Shown here: in pieces, positions 49,682-59,450 of the stretch
How the letters are laid out: the number at the start of each line of letters is the position of its first letter
Position numbering within the stretch: position 1 is the first letter of the stretch
Source: an uncultured Bacilli bacterium
GTDB taxonomy: Bacteria; Bacillota_I; Bacilli_A; RF39; UBA660
DNA: 64,000 bases
NCBI GenBank assembly: GCA_934167465.1
Contig: CAKPKR010000003.1
Span: 2,992-66,991 of the forward strand
Direction: 5' to 3'
Program-made: the position numbers and the translations under genes
The notes under the pieces: generated by a model
Told to the model about the DNA's origin: nothing
Database searches by the model: none
What the model saw: the letters and a program-made list of their open reading frames with translations, nothing else

Positions 49682-51328
49682 ATGAAAAAACAAGGATTTA
49701 CACTTATTGAGTTGTTAGCAGTTATCGTAATATTAGCTGTGATAGCTTTAATCGCAACACCAATAATCTTAAATGTAATTGAAGATTCAAAAAAGGGAGC
49801 AGCCGAACAATCAGTAATCGGATATATAAATGGAATAGAAAATAGTGTATTAGTATCAGAATTAGATAATAATTCATTAGATGATGGAAGTTATAATATA
49901 AATGAATTAAATGTCGAAGTAAAAGGAAATAAACCAAGTAGTGGTAATGTAACATTAGAAAATGGAATAGTAGTAGATGCTGTAATTTGTATGAATGGAT
50001 ATAGAATAAATTATGCAAATAGTAAAGCTGAAGTCCAAGGAAAATGTGATGAAGCATTAGTATATAGTGAAGGTATTTTAAATGGAACAGATCCCGTATT
50101 AGGTGACAATATGATACCAGTCACAATTGAAAAAGATGGAACAGTAAAGTATGCTGATATAAACAAAAAATGGTATAGTTATAGAAATAAAGAATGGGCA
50201 AATGCAGTAATATTAAATACAAGTAATACTTACAAAGTAGGAGATATAATACCAGAAAGTGAAATTGAATCATATTTTGTATGGATACCTAGATATAAAT
50301 ATAAATTATTTAATGTAGATAATACAAGTAAAGATTCAAAGACATATACAATATATACAGATGTACCAAGTAAAGCAGAGGAAATAGAAATAATATTTGA
50401 AAATAAAGAAACAAAAGAAAGTATAGGAACAAAGAATGGAGAATATTTAACCCACCCAGCCTTCACATCATTTGAAAGTAATGGAATGTGGGTAGGAAAG
50501 TTTGAAACAGGCTATAAAGGAGCAACTTCAACTACTTCAGCTCAAGTAAATAGTAATGATTTAAGTAAAGTAATAGTTAAACCTAATGTATATAGTTGGC
50601 GAAATATAACTATAAATAATATATTCTTAACAAGTTATAATTATAAAAGAAATTTAGATTCACATATGATGAAGAATACCGAATGGGGAGCAGTAGCATA
50701 CCTATCACATTCAAAATATGGAATTAATAATGATATAAGAATAAATAATAATAGTGCATATATAACAGGATATGCCAAGACAGAACAACCAACATGTGGA
50801 TATACAAATAGCAATGAAAATTGTAATAGATTTGAAAGTACATCATTAAATCAAGATGGGACATATACCAAGAGATATAATACGGAAATAGGCTATTTAG
50901 CTAGTACAACCGGAAATATTACGGGAATCTATGATATGAGTGGTGGGTCACATGAATATGTAGCAGCATATATGGCAGGAAACTTAGGAAGTAGTGGAAT
51001 AACACCAACCGATTATGATTCAAAATACTTTAATGTATATAATGCATCAAGTACACAAACAAGTTATCAATATCGAATTTTAGGAGATGCAACTGGCGAA
51101 ATGGGACCATTTACAAATTTAAAATCAACTGGGAGCAATGGTGTTAAGACAGCATATGTTTCAAGTTGGTACGCTTCCGACGCGAATTTCGTTGACTCTT
51201 CTTACCCTTGGTTCATTCGTGGCATCCATTTCATCGGTGGTGTACTTGCAGGTCAGTTCAACTTCGCTAGGAACACAGGAACTAATAATGGTTATATTGG
51301 TTTCCGTTTAGTTTTAACACCACAATAA
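49682..51328 (+). CDS. type IV prepilin-like N-terminus fused to an FGE-sulfatase/DUF1566-like domain protein (paralog B2)
   Basis: MKKQGFTLIELLAVIVIL is a prepilin signal. The protein is collinear with B1 throughout. The last 150 nt are GC-rich. Confidence 0.6.
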   Translation: MKKQGFTLIELLAVIVILAVIALIATPIILNVIEDSKKGAAEQSVIGYINGIENSVLVSELDNNSLDDGSYNINELNVEVKGNKPSSGNVTLENGIVVDAVICMNGYRINYANSKAEVQGKCDEALVYSEGILNGTDPVLGDNMIPVTIEKDGTVKYADINKKWYSYRNKEWANAVILNTSNTYKVGDIIPESEIESYFVWIPRYKYKLFNVDNTSKDSKTYTIYTDVPSKAEEIEIIFENKETKESIGTKNGEYLTHPAFTSFESNGMWVGKFETGYKGATSTTSAQVNSNDLSKVIVKPNVYSWRNITINNIFLTSYNYKRNLDSHMMKNTEWGAVAYLSHSKYGINNDIRINNNSAYITGYAKTEQPTCGYTNSNENCNRFESTSLNQDGTYTKRYNTEIGYLASTTGNITGIYDMSGGSHEYVAAYMAGNLGSSGITPTDYDSKYFNVYNASSTQTSYQYRILGDATGEMGPFTNLKSTGSNGVKTAYVSSWYASDANFVDSSYPWFIRGIHFIGGVLAGQFNFARNTGTNNGYIGFRLVLTPQ

Positions 51329-51362
51329 AGCAATGTTTAAAAAACATTGTTTTTTTCTAAAA
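51329..51362 (+). terminator. rho-independent terminator
   Basis: AATGTTTAAAAAACATT is followed by T7. Confidence 0.55.
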
Positions 51363-51508
51363 CTACTAATTTTCTTAGAAACAATAAAAAACTACCTTCA
51401 ATTTTAAAAATTGACTAGATTAATTTTAAAAATTGACTTATAAAATAACAAAATTGGTCATTTTACATTATAAAAAATAAATGATATTCTTTCTTCACCG
51501 GAGGAGGA

Positions 51509-52381
51509 ATGCTTATGCAAATAGAAAAAAATACATTCTATACTTGTAAATATGATAGACCATTCAAAGAAATATTTTTAAATGAACAAAATAAACATTT
51601 ATTAAAAGGATTATTAGAAACAATACTAAAAACAGAAATTGATAAAATAGAACTAAAGCCAAGCGAATTAAATAGTAATAATATAAATATAAAAAGAAAA
51701 TATTTAGATGCATTAATATATGTAAAAGGTAAAAAAATAGGAATAGAAGTAAATTCAAATGCTGAAGAAAATTATTTAAGACCAAGAAATGCATCATTTA
51801 TATTTAATATATATTCATCACATACATTAGTAAGTGAAACATATGATGAAAAAACCGATATAATTCAAATTAATTTATCATATAACTTAAAAGATAAAAA
51901 GAATATAAGAATATATAAATTAAGAGATGAAGAAGGAAAAGAATATATTGAAAATTTATATATTTACGAAATAAATATGGATTACTATAGGAAACTATGG
52001 TACAATAAAAAAGAAGAAGTAAAAGAAGCAAAATATCTAGTAATGTTAGATTTAGAAGAAAAAGAATTAAAGGAATTTGCAAAAAACGATAGAGAGGTGA
52101 ATGAATATATGGAAAAATTGGAGAATTTAAATAGTAATCCAGAATTTTACCAATATATGACACACGAAGAAGATGAAAGAAAGATACACAACTCTATGAT
52201 GTATGAAGCAGAGCAAAAAGGTCTAGAAAAAGGTATAGAACAAGGTTTAGAACAAGGAATTGAAGAAGGAAAAAATGCCGAAAAAATAGCTACAGCGACA
52301 AACTTTAAAAATCTTGGCATAGATATTGAAACTATATCAAAAGCAACTGGTCTATCAAAAGAAGAAATAGAAAAATTATAA
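51509..52381 (+). CDS. Rpn/YhgA-family PD-(D/E)XK recombination-promoting nuclease (putative transposase)
   Basis: The N-terminus YDRPFKEIFLNEQNKH...DALIYVKGKKIGIEV is present. The characteristic C-terminal tail has KGLEKGIEQGLEQGIEEG repeats plus IATATNFKNLGIDIETISKATGLSKEEIEKL. Confidence 0.6.
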   Translation: MLMQIEKNTFYTCKYDRPFKEIFLNEQNKHLLKGLLETILKTEIDKIELKPSELNSNNINIKRKYLDALIYVKGKKIGIEVNSNAEENYLRPRNASFIFNIYSSHTLVSETYDEKTDIIQINLSYNLKDKKNIRIYKLRDEEGKEYIENLYIYEINMDYYRKLWYNKKEEVKEAKYLVMLDLEEKELKEFAKNDREVNEYMEKLENLNSNPEFYQYMTHEEDERKIHNSMMYEAEQKGLEKGIEQGLEQGIEEGKNAEKIATATNFKNLGIDIETISKATGLSKEEIEKL

Positions 52382-52455
52382 TAAACTTCATTTTAAATAA
52401 TGAAGTTTTGTATCTATTAATTTGACAAAAATCATAATACGAACAAAAATTCTAC

Positions 52456-52487
52456 TTGACTTTTACGTCTGGGGGGGGGGGTATGAT
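52456..52487 (+). promoter_or_regulatory. poly-G promoter of A6: TTGACT, spacer with G11 at 52471-52481, TATGAT
   Basis: The spacer is 20 nt. This is the longest tract in the window. Confidence 0.7.
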
Positions 52488-52510
52488 AGTAATGGAAAGT
52501 AGGAATCTAG

Positions 52511-53122
52511 ATGAAAAAAGTAATAAAAAGTAGAATATTTTTAGTAATAATTACGATGATTATATGTATAAGCGGAACATTATATGCAGCTAATACATAT
52601 AAAGCATCAGATGTAGTATATAATACCAGTGATGGAACAAGTAAAAATGTAAGTGAAGTCTTAAACGAGTTATATGATAAATCAAATAACAATTCTGATT
52701 TAGAATTAATATATGATGCAATGGTTTCTAAAGGAGTAACACCATCTAGTAAAAAGATAGATGATATTATAATGGCAATCAAAACAAAGATGGGAGTTTC
52801 AACTCATATAGCATCTGTTAGATTTGCAAATAGAGCCACTAATAGTTCTTCATATACAAGGGGTAGAATGTATTTATATGACTCTAGTGGGACAGTACTA
52901 TCATCTAGTTGGGCAGAAGGATCAGGAGAATCAACAATTTATGGTGAGGATGTTAGAGTCAGTTCTGGTACAATTTTATATGCTGGTTTTTCATCAGCAT
53001 CTGATAAAAATACAAGAGGAATATTGCAGCTTGTTGTTGATGGAAATGTGGTAACATCTGTATTTGTTGAAACAAGCAAAGGAACGTCAAATACTAATAA
53101 AATTACAGTTTTGGATTCTTAA
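52511..53122 (+). CDS. variable secreted protein family member A6 (203 aa)
   Basis: The family N-terminus is present. Confidence 0.65.
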   Translation: MKKVIKSRIFLVIITMIICISGTLYAANTYKASDVVYNTSDGTSKNVSEVLNELYDKSNNNSDLELIYDAMVSKGVTPSSKKIDDIIMAIKTKMGVSTHIASVRFANRATNSSSYTRGRMYLYDSSGTVLSSSWAEGSGESTIYGEDVRVSSGTILYAGFSSASDKNTRGILQLVVDGNVVTSVFVETSKGTSNTNKITVLDS

Positions 53123-53191
53123 AATACTAATTATATTAGTATTTCTTTTCTTTAAATAGAAAATATGATATATTGTATAAGAGGTGATTAT

Positions 53192-53917
53192 GTGGTAGTA
53201 CTTATAACAGGTGGCGCTAAAAATATTGGAAGAAGTATTGCTTTAGAATTTGCTAAAAACGGATATGATGTTGTTATAAATTATAATAGTAGTGAAATGG
53301 AAGCAATTGAACTTAAGGAATTACTAGAAAAAACATATAACATTAGTGCTCTGATAATTAAATGTGATATAAGTAATGAAATAGAAGTAAAAAATATGAT
53401 CAATAAAATAGTTTCAAAATATTCAAAAATAGATGTTTTAGTTAATAATGCTGCTATTGAAATAAATAGTGAATTTGAAGAAAAAACAAAAGAAACATTT
53501 AATAAAGTTTTATCTACTAATTTAGTTGGTACTTTTTTAGTTAGCAAATATGCTAGTTTTTATATGGAAAAAGGATATATTATAAATATATCAAGTAATA
53601 ATGCTATAAATAAGAATGATCCAAATACATTGGAATATGATGCATCAAAAGCTGGTATAATTTCTTTAACACATAATCTCGCTAAAAAACTTTCACCAAA
53701 TATAAATGTAAACTGTATTGCTCCAGGTTGGGTTGAAACAAATGAAATAAAAGAACTAGACAAATCACTAGATAATAAATTTATAGAAGAAGAAAGTAAG
53801 AAAATTTTAAAAAGAAGATTTGCTAAAGAAGAAGAAATAGCATCTCTAACTTATTATTTAACAACTAATAATTACATAAATGATACTGTAATAACTATAG
53901 ATGGAGGTAGTATCTAA
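53192..53917 (+). CDS. short-chain dehydrogenase/reductase (FabG-like)
   Basis: TGGAKNIGRS, NNAAI and the YxxxK motif YDASKAG are present. The protein has a GTG start. Confidence 0.75.
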   Translation: MVVLITGGAKNIGRSIALEFAKNGYDVVINYNSSEMEAIELKELLEKTYNISALIIKCDISNEIEVKNMINKIVSKYSKIDVLVNNAAIEINSEFEEKTKETFNKVLSTNLVGTFLVSKYASFYMEKGYIINISSNNAINKNDPNTLEYDASKAGIISLTHNLAKKLSPNINVNCIAPGWVETNEIKELDKSLDNKFIEEESKKILKRRFAKEEEIASLTYYLTTNNYINDTVITIDGGSI

Positions 53918-55137
53918 TGAACGTACAAGAAAAAGAAATAGAAATAAGAGAAGAATTAAAAAAAATAGATGATATATGTCTATTTAATAGCAAAAAAGTA
54001 TTAGAATCTTTCAAAAAGAACAATTTATCTGAGATCCATTTTAATAGTACGACTGGGTATGGATATAATGATTCAGGTAGGGAAACAATTGAGAAAATAT
54101 ATAGTGATATCTTTAAAGCAGAAGATGCTTTAGTAAGAAGTCAATTTATTTCAGGCTCACATGCTTTAACTGTAACTCTTTTTGGACTATTAAGACCTAA
54201 TGACACATTACTTTCAATTTCAGGACTTCCTTATGATACTTTACATGAGGTTATTGGAATTAAAGAAAATAAAAGTTCATTAAAATCATTTGGAATAAAC
54301 TATGAACAAATTGACTTAATTGACAATGATTTTGATTACAAACAAATTGAAAAAAAATTAAAAGAAAAAAAGATTAAACTAATTGAAATTCAAAGATCAA
54401 AAGGATACTCAACTAGAAAAAGTATTACTATTGATAAATTAGAAAAAATAATTAATTTCATAAAAAATATTGATAAAGAAGTAATAATTATGATTGATAA
54501 TTGTTATTGTGAATTTGTTAATACTAAAGAGCCAATAGAAATAGGTGCGGATATAGCAGTTGGTTCATTAATAAAAAATTTAGGAGCAGGAATTGCTCCA
54601 AATGGTGCTTATGTAGTTGGTAGAAAAGATTTAATTGAATTAGTTAGTGAAAGATTAAATTTACCTGGTGAAGGAAAAGAAGTTGGACCAACTTTAGGAA
54701 TAAACAAATTAATTTTACAAGGGTTATATATGGCTCCAAGTGTAGTTTCAGCTTCACTTAAAACAGCTGTATTAACTAGCAAAGTAATGAATGAATTGGG
54801 ATATGACGTAGAACCAAAATATAATGAAGAAAGAGCCGACATTGTGCAAAGTATAATATTTCACAATAAAGAAGATTTAATTAAATATGTGGAAGGAATT
54901 CAATTAGGATCAGCTGTAGATTCTAATGCGATTCCAATTCCAGTTGATATGCCAGGGTATGATGATCAAGTTATAATGGCATCAGGATCATTTACTCAAG
55001 GCTCTTCAATTGAACTCTCTTGCGATGGACCAATCAGAGAACCTTTTATAGCATATCAACAAGGTGGTTTAACTTATGAATATGGAAAATTAGGTTTACA
55101 ATGCGCTGTAAATAGAATTCTTGAATATAAAAAATAA
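53917..55137 (+). CDS. methionine gamma-lyase-family / aluminium-resistance (YnbB-like) PLP-fold protein
   Basis: The overall profile is GYGYNDSGRE...SGSHAL...LI(E/Q)..KG.S. Confidence 0.5.
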   Translation: MNVQEKEIEIREELKKIDDICLFNSKKVLESFKKNNLSEIHFNSTTGYGYNDSGRETIEKIYSDIFKAEDALVRSQFISGSHALTVTLFGLLRPNDTLLSISGLPYDTLHEVIGIKENKSSLKSFGINYEQIDLIDNDFDYKQIEKKLKEKKIKLIEIQRSKGYSTRKSITIDKLEKIINFIKNIDKEVIIMIDNCYCEFVNTKEPIEIGADIAVGSLIKNLGAGIAPNGAYVVGRKDLIELVSERLNLPGEGKEVGPTLGINKLILQGLYMAPSVVSASLKTAVLTSKVMNELGYDVEPKYNEERADIVQSIIFHNKEDLIKYVEGIQLGSAVDSNAIPIPVDMPGYDDQVIMASGSFTQGSSIELSCDGPIREPFIAYQQGGLTYEYGKLGLQCAVNRILEYKK

Positions 55138-55166
55138 TTGTGATATACTAAATAATAGGTGATAGT

Positions 55167-55715
55167 ATGGAAAGAAAAAACAATGAATTTATGTTATGGA
55201 TTGTAATTTGTACAATAATTGGATTATTTATTTGGCAAATGCCTAATATTGAAAGATTAATATTTGGTAGAGCTAAAAAAGATAAAACGAAAACAGAAGA
55301 AAAAACAGAAGAAAAAAAAGATGAAATTGTAAAAAGCGGTCGAATTACTTGTGGTATGACAGGTAACAATGAAGAAACAGTTGAGTATCAAATATCATAT
55401 ACTGACTCAAAATTAACAAAAGTAACAGAAATAATTTCAGCAGTTTATGAAACAAATTCAGATGAATATAAAAAGGCTTTAGAAATTTGTAATAATACTG
55501 AAAGTAAATATGCTAATCATGATGGATTTACTGCAACTTGTACAAATGATTATTCTGTATTTGAAACAAAGCGTATTTATGATTTGAAAAAATTTAAAGA
55601 ATTTACCATTGATAATAATAATGAAACTGAGATTGTATCTATAGATGTTAGATATAATGAGGATATAGATTCAGTTATAAAAAAATATCAAGAAAAAGGT
55701 GCTACATGTAAATAA
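55167..55715 (+). CDS. hypothetical secreted protein
   Basis: The ORF has an N-terminal signal anchor. Confidence 0.35.
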   Translation: MERKNNEFMLWIVICTIIGLFIWQMPNIERLIFGRAKKDKTKTEEKTEEKKDEIVKSGRITCGMTGNNEETVEYQISYTDSKLTKVTEIISAVYETNSDEYKKALEICNNTESKYANHDGFTATCTNDYSVFETKRIYDLKKFKEFTIDNNNETEIVSIDVRYNEDIDSVIKKYQEKGATCK

Positions 55716-55805
55716 AATTGATATATAAATATCAATTTTTTCTATTCAAAGTTTGACATTAATAAATGATGATGCTATACTCTATAAACAGGGGAGTAAT
55801 GTAAT

Positions 55806-56252
55806 ATGGAAGTAAAAAGATTAAGATTAAAATTAATTAAAGGAGTTAATTCAGAAGGTGAAATTGTTTATAGTGAACCTTATGATTTAGCAGAAAAAAT
55901 GGATATAAGTTTATTACAAAAAATTTTAAAAGAAAAAATTTTTTTCCCAGGATTTGTTTTGGAAAGAAGTTATTTTGAAAAAAATGATTATAATAATGAA
56001 TATGGAGAAAATGAATTTCATCCTATACTTGAAGTTGTATATGCAATAGATTATATAGATTCTTTTAAGTTTTTTGATGATGTTTTTTTCAAAACTAAAT
56101 ATCATATAGTTAAAGATAGCATTTTAGAAGTTAGAAATTACTTAAAAGAAATTTTAATTAATAGTAAGTATGGTATTGATGATACATTAGAATATGTTGT
56201 AGAAAGACTAGAATGTAGTCAAAAAAGAAAAATATTAAAAAAAGTAAAATAA
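55806..56252 (+). CDS. hypothetical protein
   Basis: I found no recognisable motif. Confidence 0.3.
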   Translation: MEVKRLRLKLIKGVNSEGEIVYSEPYDLAEKMDISLLQKILKEKIFFPGFVLERSYFEKNDYNNEYGENEFHPILEVVYAIDYIDSFKFFDDVFFKTKYHIVKDSILEVRNYLKEILINSKYGIDDTLEYVVERLECSQKRKILKKVK

Positions 56253-56269
56253 TTACTATTAATAAGGTA

Positions 56270-56440
56270 TTGACAAGCATATATTATTATTGTATAATCA
56301 TTAAGAAATCAAAAAAAGGAAAGAAGTGTATCCACACTCACCTGAATGCAATTAGCGTTAGGTAAAATGCCAATTATTTTAATATAGTTAGCTATTAGTG
56401 GATACATTTGTGTATTCACTTTTTTATGGAGGTGTCAGGT
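56270..56440 (+). promoter_or_regulatory. infC-rpmI-rplT promoter and L20-type autoregulatory leader
   Basis: TTGACA is at 56270-56275. After a 17-nt spacer, TGTATAAT is an extended -10. Alternative pairings GTGTATCCAC versus GTGGATACA...GTATTCAC plus T6 give an antiterminator and terminator logic. Confidence 0.5.
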
Positions 56441-56968
56441 ATCGCAAAGGAAAAAGAATTGTATATTAATGAAAAAATACGTGCTAAAGAAGTAATGGTA
56501 ATCGGTCCTAAAGGAGAACAATTAGGAATCAAACCAATAGCTGATGCATTAACATTAGCAAGTTATGCTGGATTTGATTTAGTTATGATAAATAATAATG
56601 GTGCAACACCTGTTTGTAAAATTATGGATTATAATAAATTCAAATACGAAAATAAGAAAAAACAAAAAGAAAATATAAAAAAACAAAGAGAAAGCAATTT
56701 AGAAGTAAAAGAATATAGATTATCAGTAACTATTGATGTCCATGATTTTAATACACGTATTAAAAATTCATCAAAATACTTAGAAAAAGGTCATAAAGTT
56801 AAGATTTCAATTAAATTTAAAGGTAGAGAAATGGCTCACCCAGAATTAGGTAGAGAGGTATTAGAAAGATTTGCTAAAGAGGTAGAATCTTTAGCTACTC
56901 CAGAATCTTCTCCTAAAATGGAAGGAAGATTTATGACTATGATGCTTATACCAAATAAAGAAAAATAG
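56408..56968 (+). CDS. infC: translation initiation factor IF-3
   Basis: INEKIRAKEVMVIGPKGEQLG is the IF3 N-terminal domain. The true start is probably a non-ATG codon (ATC/ATT) a few codons downstream of the Shine-Dalgarno sequence GGAGGTG at about 56430. Confidence 0.8.
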   Translation: MCIHFFMEVSGIAKEKELYINEKIRAKEVMVIGPKGEQLGIKPIADALTLASYAGFDLVMINNNGATPVCKIMDYNKFKYENKKKQKENIKKQRESNLEVKEYRLSVTIDVHDFNTRIKNSSKYLEKGHKVKISIKFKGREMAHPELGREVLERFAKEVESLATPESSPKMEGRFMTMMLIPNKEK

Positions 56969-56979
56969 GAGGAATTAAT

Positions 56980-57168
56980 ATGCCAAAACAAAAAACACAT
57001 AAAGGAATGGCTAAGGTTTGCAAAGTTAGACCTGGTGGAACAATCAAGATAGGAAAACCTGGAACAAGACATAACACAGGTAAAAAAAGCTCATTATCAA
57101 ATAGAGCTGGTAGAAAAGGTAACGGATTAACTCAATCTGATTACAAAAGAATTAAAGATTTTATATAG
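56980..57168 (+). CDS. rpmI: 50S ribosomal protein L35
   Basis: MPKQKTHKGMAKVCKVRPGG matches L35. Confidence 0.9.
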   Translation: MPKQKTHKGMAKVCKVRPGGTIKIGKPGTRHNTGKKSSLSNRAGRKGNGLTQSDYKRIKDFI

Positions 57169-57183
57169 AAAGTAGGGATTTAA

Positions 57184-57714
57184 ATGCCAAGAGTTAAAGG
57201 TGGAACAATACATCGTGCAAGACGTGCAAAAGTTATGAAAGCTGCCAAAGGTTATTTTGGAAGTAAACATAGATTATACAAAACAGCTAAAGAACAAGTA
57301 ATGCATTCATTATCTTATTCATATAGAGATAGAAGACAAAAGAAAAGAGATTTTAGAAAATTATGGATTACAAGAATTAATGCTGCTTGTAGAATGAATG
57401 ATATTAGTTATTCAAAATTTATAAATGGTTTATCAAAAGCAGGAGTTGATATCAACAGAAAAATGTTGTCAGAAATAGCAATTGATAATCCAGCTGCATT
57501 TACTGAATTAGTTAAAGTAGCAAATGAAGGTTTGTCTGGAAAAACAGTTAAAGAAGAGCCAAAAAAAGAAACAACAAAAAAAGCTGTTAAAGAAGAAGTT
57601 AAGGAAGATTTATCTAAATTAACAGTTGCTGAATTAAAAAAACTAGCTGCTTCAAAAAAAATTGAAGGTGCTTCAACAATGAAAAAAGCCGAATTATTAG
57701 AAGCTTTAAAATAA
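57184..57714 (+). CDS. rplT: 50S ribosomal protein L20 with a C-terminal Lys/Glu-rich, Rho_N-like extension
   Basis: The first 118 aa are a typical L20. An extra 58 aa end in [29 protein letters not shown]. Confidence 0.85.
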   Translation: MPRVKGGTIHRARRAKVMKAAKGYFGSKHRLYKTAKEQVMHSLSYSYRDRRQKKRDFRKLWITRINAACRMNDISYSKFINGLSKAGVDINRKMLSEIAIDNPAAFTELVKVANEGLSGKTVKEEPKKETTKKAVKEEVKEDLSKLTVAELKKLAASKKIEGASTMKKAELLEALK

Positions 57715-57765
57715 TCATTAATTGATTATTTTTTTTAACTATTATATAATTTTAATGGTGATAAC

Positions 57766-58245
57766 ATGGAAATATTTGAAAATATGATTGTAAGAAATTT
57801 TGATAAGGAATCCGATAAAAATATTTTGGATGAAATAAATGGAAAATCGAAATCTAATATGATTCATCAAATAGAAGAAAGATTATTAACAAGTAGAAAA
57901 GTTGAATCTTTAGAATTTGATAATGCTTATTTAATAGATATTGCTAATAAAACAGTCGCTTATATATTTTTATCAGGAAAATCAAAACAAGTTATTTATT
58001 TTGAATGTTTGGTTTTAAAAGATTATCGAAATAAAGGAGTTGGTAAATATATTTTAGAAAATATGAGCGAATATATATTAAGAAATAATACCGACTTAAA
58101 AGAAATAAAATTAAGTATCGATAGAAGTAATATTGCTAGTATGAGAACTGCTGAATCTGTGGGATATGTATGTGATAGTGATTATACTAATGAAAAATTA
58201 GATTTTATAATGGATAATCCATATTACGTGAAATATAAAAAATAA
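57766..58245 (+). CDS. GNAT-family N-acetyltransferase
   Basis: VLKDYRNKGVGKYILE is a GNAT motif A. Confidence 0.6.
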   Translation: MEIFENMIVRNFDKESDKNILDEINGKSKSNMIHQIEERLLTSRKVESLEFDNAYLIDIANKTVAYIFLSGKSKQVIYFECLVLKDYRNKGVGKYILENMSEYILRNNTDLKEIKLSIDRSNIASMRTAESVGYVCDSDYTNEKLDFIMDNPYYVKYKK

Positions 58246-58310
58246 AAATTTGACAAATTTTTATTTTTTAATATAATAATTAAAAATTATAGATTTTGGA
58301 GGAATGAAAG

Positions 58311-59135
58311 ATGTTGGAATTACAGGAAAATATTAGAGAAGTAAAAAGTCAGTATGATAAAAACAAAAATAACTGTAATAAAATAGAACAATTAGATTAT
58401 ATGAGAAGTTTAATTAAATTGTATCATAATTTTGAATGTAAAAAAACTTATGAAGAAATGATGAGAGAATATAAAGTAAGATACATTTACAATGAATCAA
58501 AAGTTGAAGGAAATATTACACCAGAAGAACAACTTGGTATAGGTGTTGTATACGATTATATCCAAAAATTTGATTTTGAAAAAGATTATTTTAATGTTTT
58601 CACAACTTCACTTTTAATTCATCAAAAATTATATTCTAAATGTTTTTACAAAGAATTTGGAGGTAAACTGAGAACTGAATCAGTGTATTTAAAAAATTCT
58701 AATATTGAAATAATGGAACCTTTAGCTGCTCAAAAGTATTTCAATTCATTTATTAGCAAAAGTGAAGAAGTATTTATTCCTCTTGATGAAAATGATATTT
58801 TAGGTTATATTGAAAAATGTATTAAATTAACAACGGACTTAATAAAAGTTCAACCATTTCAAGATGGTAATAAAAGAACTTTTAGGTCATTATTAAATTT
58901 ATTATTAAAAAAAGCAACATTACCACCAATATATATTAATATTAATCACAGGGTAGAATATAAGAAATATTTAATGGATGCAATTTTGAATGATGAATAT
59001 TCAGGTATTTATGAATTTTACTATAATAGAATTGAAGAAGCAATATTTGAATTAGATTTATATAATAGAGAAATAGAAGAAGAAGTTAAAACTTATCGTT
59101 TATTAAGAGATATTAAAAATATAAGCAAATATTAA
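58311..59135 (+). CDS. Fic/Doc-family protein with a degenerate active-site motif
   Basis: VQPFQDGNKRTFR aligns to HPFx(D/E)GNGRxxR with H changed to Q and G changed to K. Confidence 0.6.
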   Translation: MLELQENIREVKSQYDKNKNNCNKIEQLDYMRSLIKLYHNFECKKTYEEMMREYKVRYIYNESKVEGNITPEEQLGIGVVYDYIQKFDFEKDYFNVFTTSLLIHQKLYSKCFYKEFGGKLRTESVYLKNSNIEIMEPLAAQKYFNSFISKSEEVFIPLDENDILGYIEKCIKLTTDLIKVQPFQDGNKRTFRSLLNLLLKKATLPPIYININHRVEYKKYLMDAILNDEYSGIYEFYYNRIEEAIFELDLYNREIEEEVKTYRLLRDIKNISKY

Positions 59136-59180
59136 CTTTATTTTTAAAAGATAATTTGGTATAATACCATAGGTGATAGT

Positions 59181-59396
59181 ATGATAAGTTTTTTAGAATT
59201 ATTTTTAGGTAAAAGCGCGAAATGGTTAATTTTATTTATAATAGGGACCATTTTAGGATATTTTTTACTTAAAATAGCAGATAAAAAATTACCTAGAAAA
59301 ATATATAATATAATTTACTTTATTGTTTATGCTATATTGGGAATATTTTTAATATTATTTTTTGTAGAATTAATAATAAGAGTGTTTACAATTTAA
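59181..59396 (+). CDS. small membrane protein
   Basis: The ORF has two transmembrane segments. Confidence 0.3.
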   Translation: MISFLELFLGKSAKWLILFIIGTILGYFLLKIADKKLPRKIYNIIYFIVYAILGIFLILFFVELIIRVFTI

Positions 59397-59450
59397 GGAA
59401 AAACTTTGTGTTTTTTCTTTTTTTTTGTTATAATGAAAAAGGTGGTAAAT

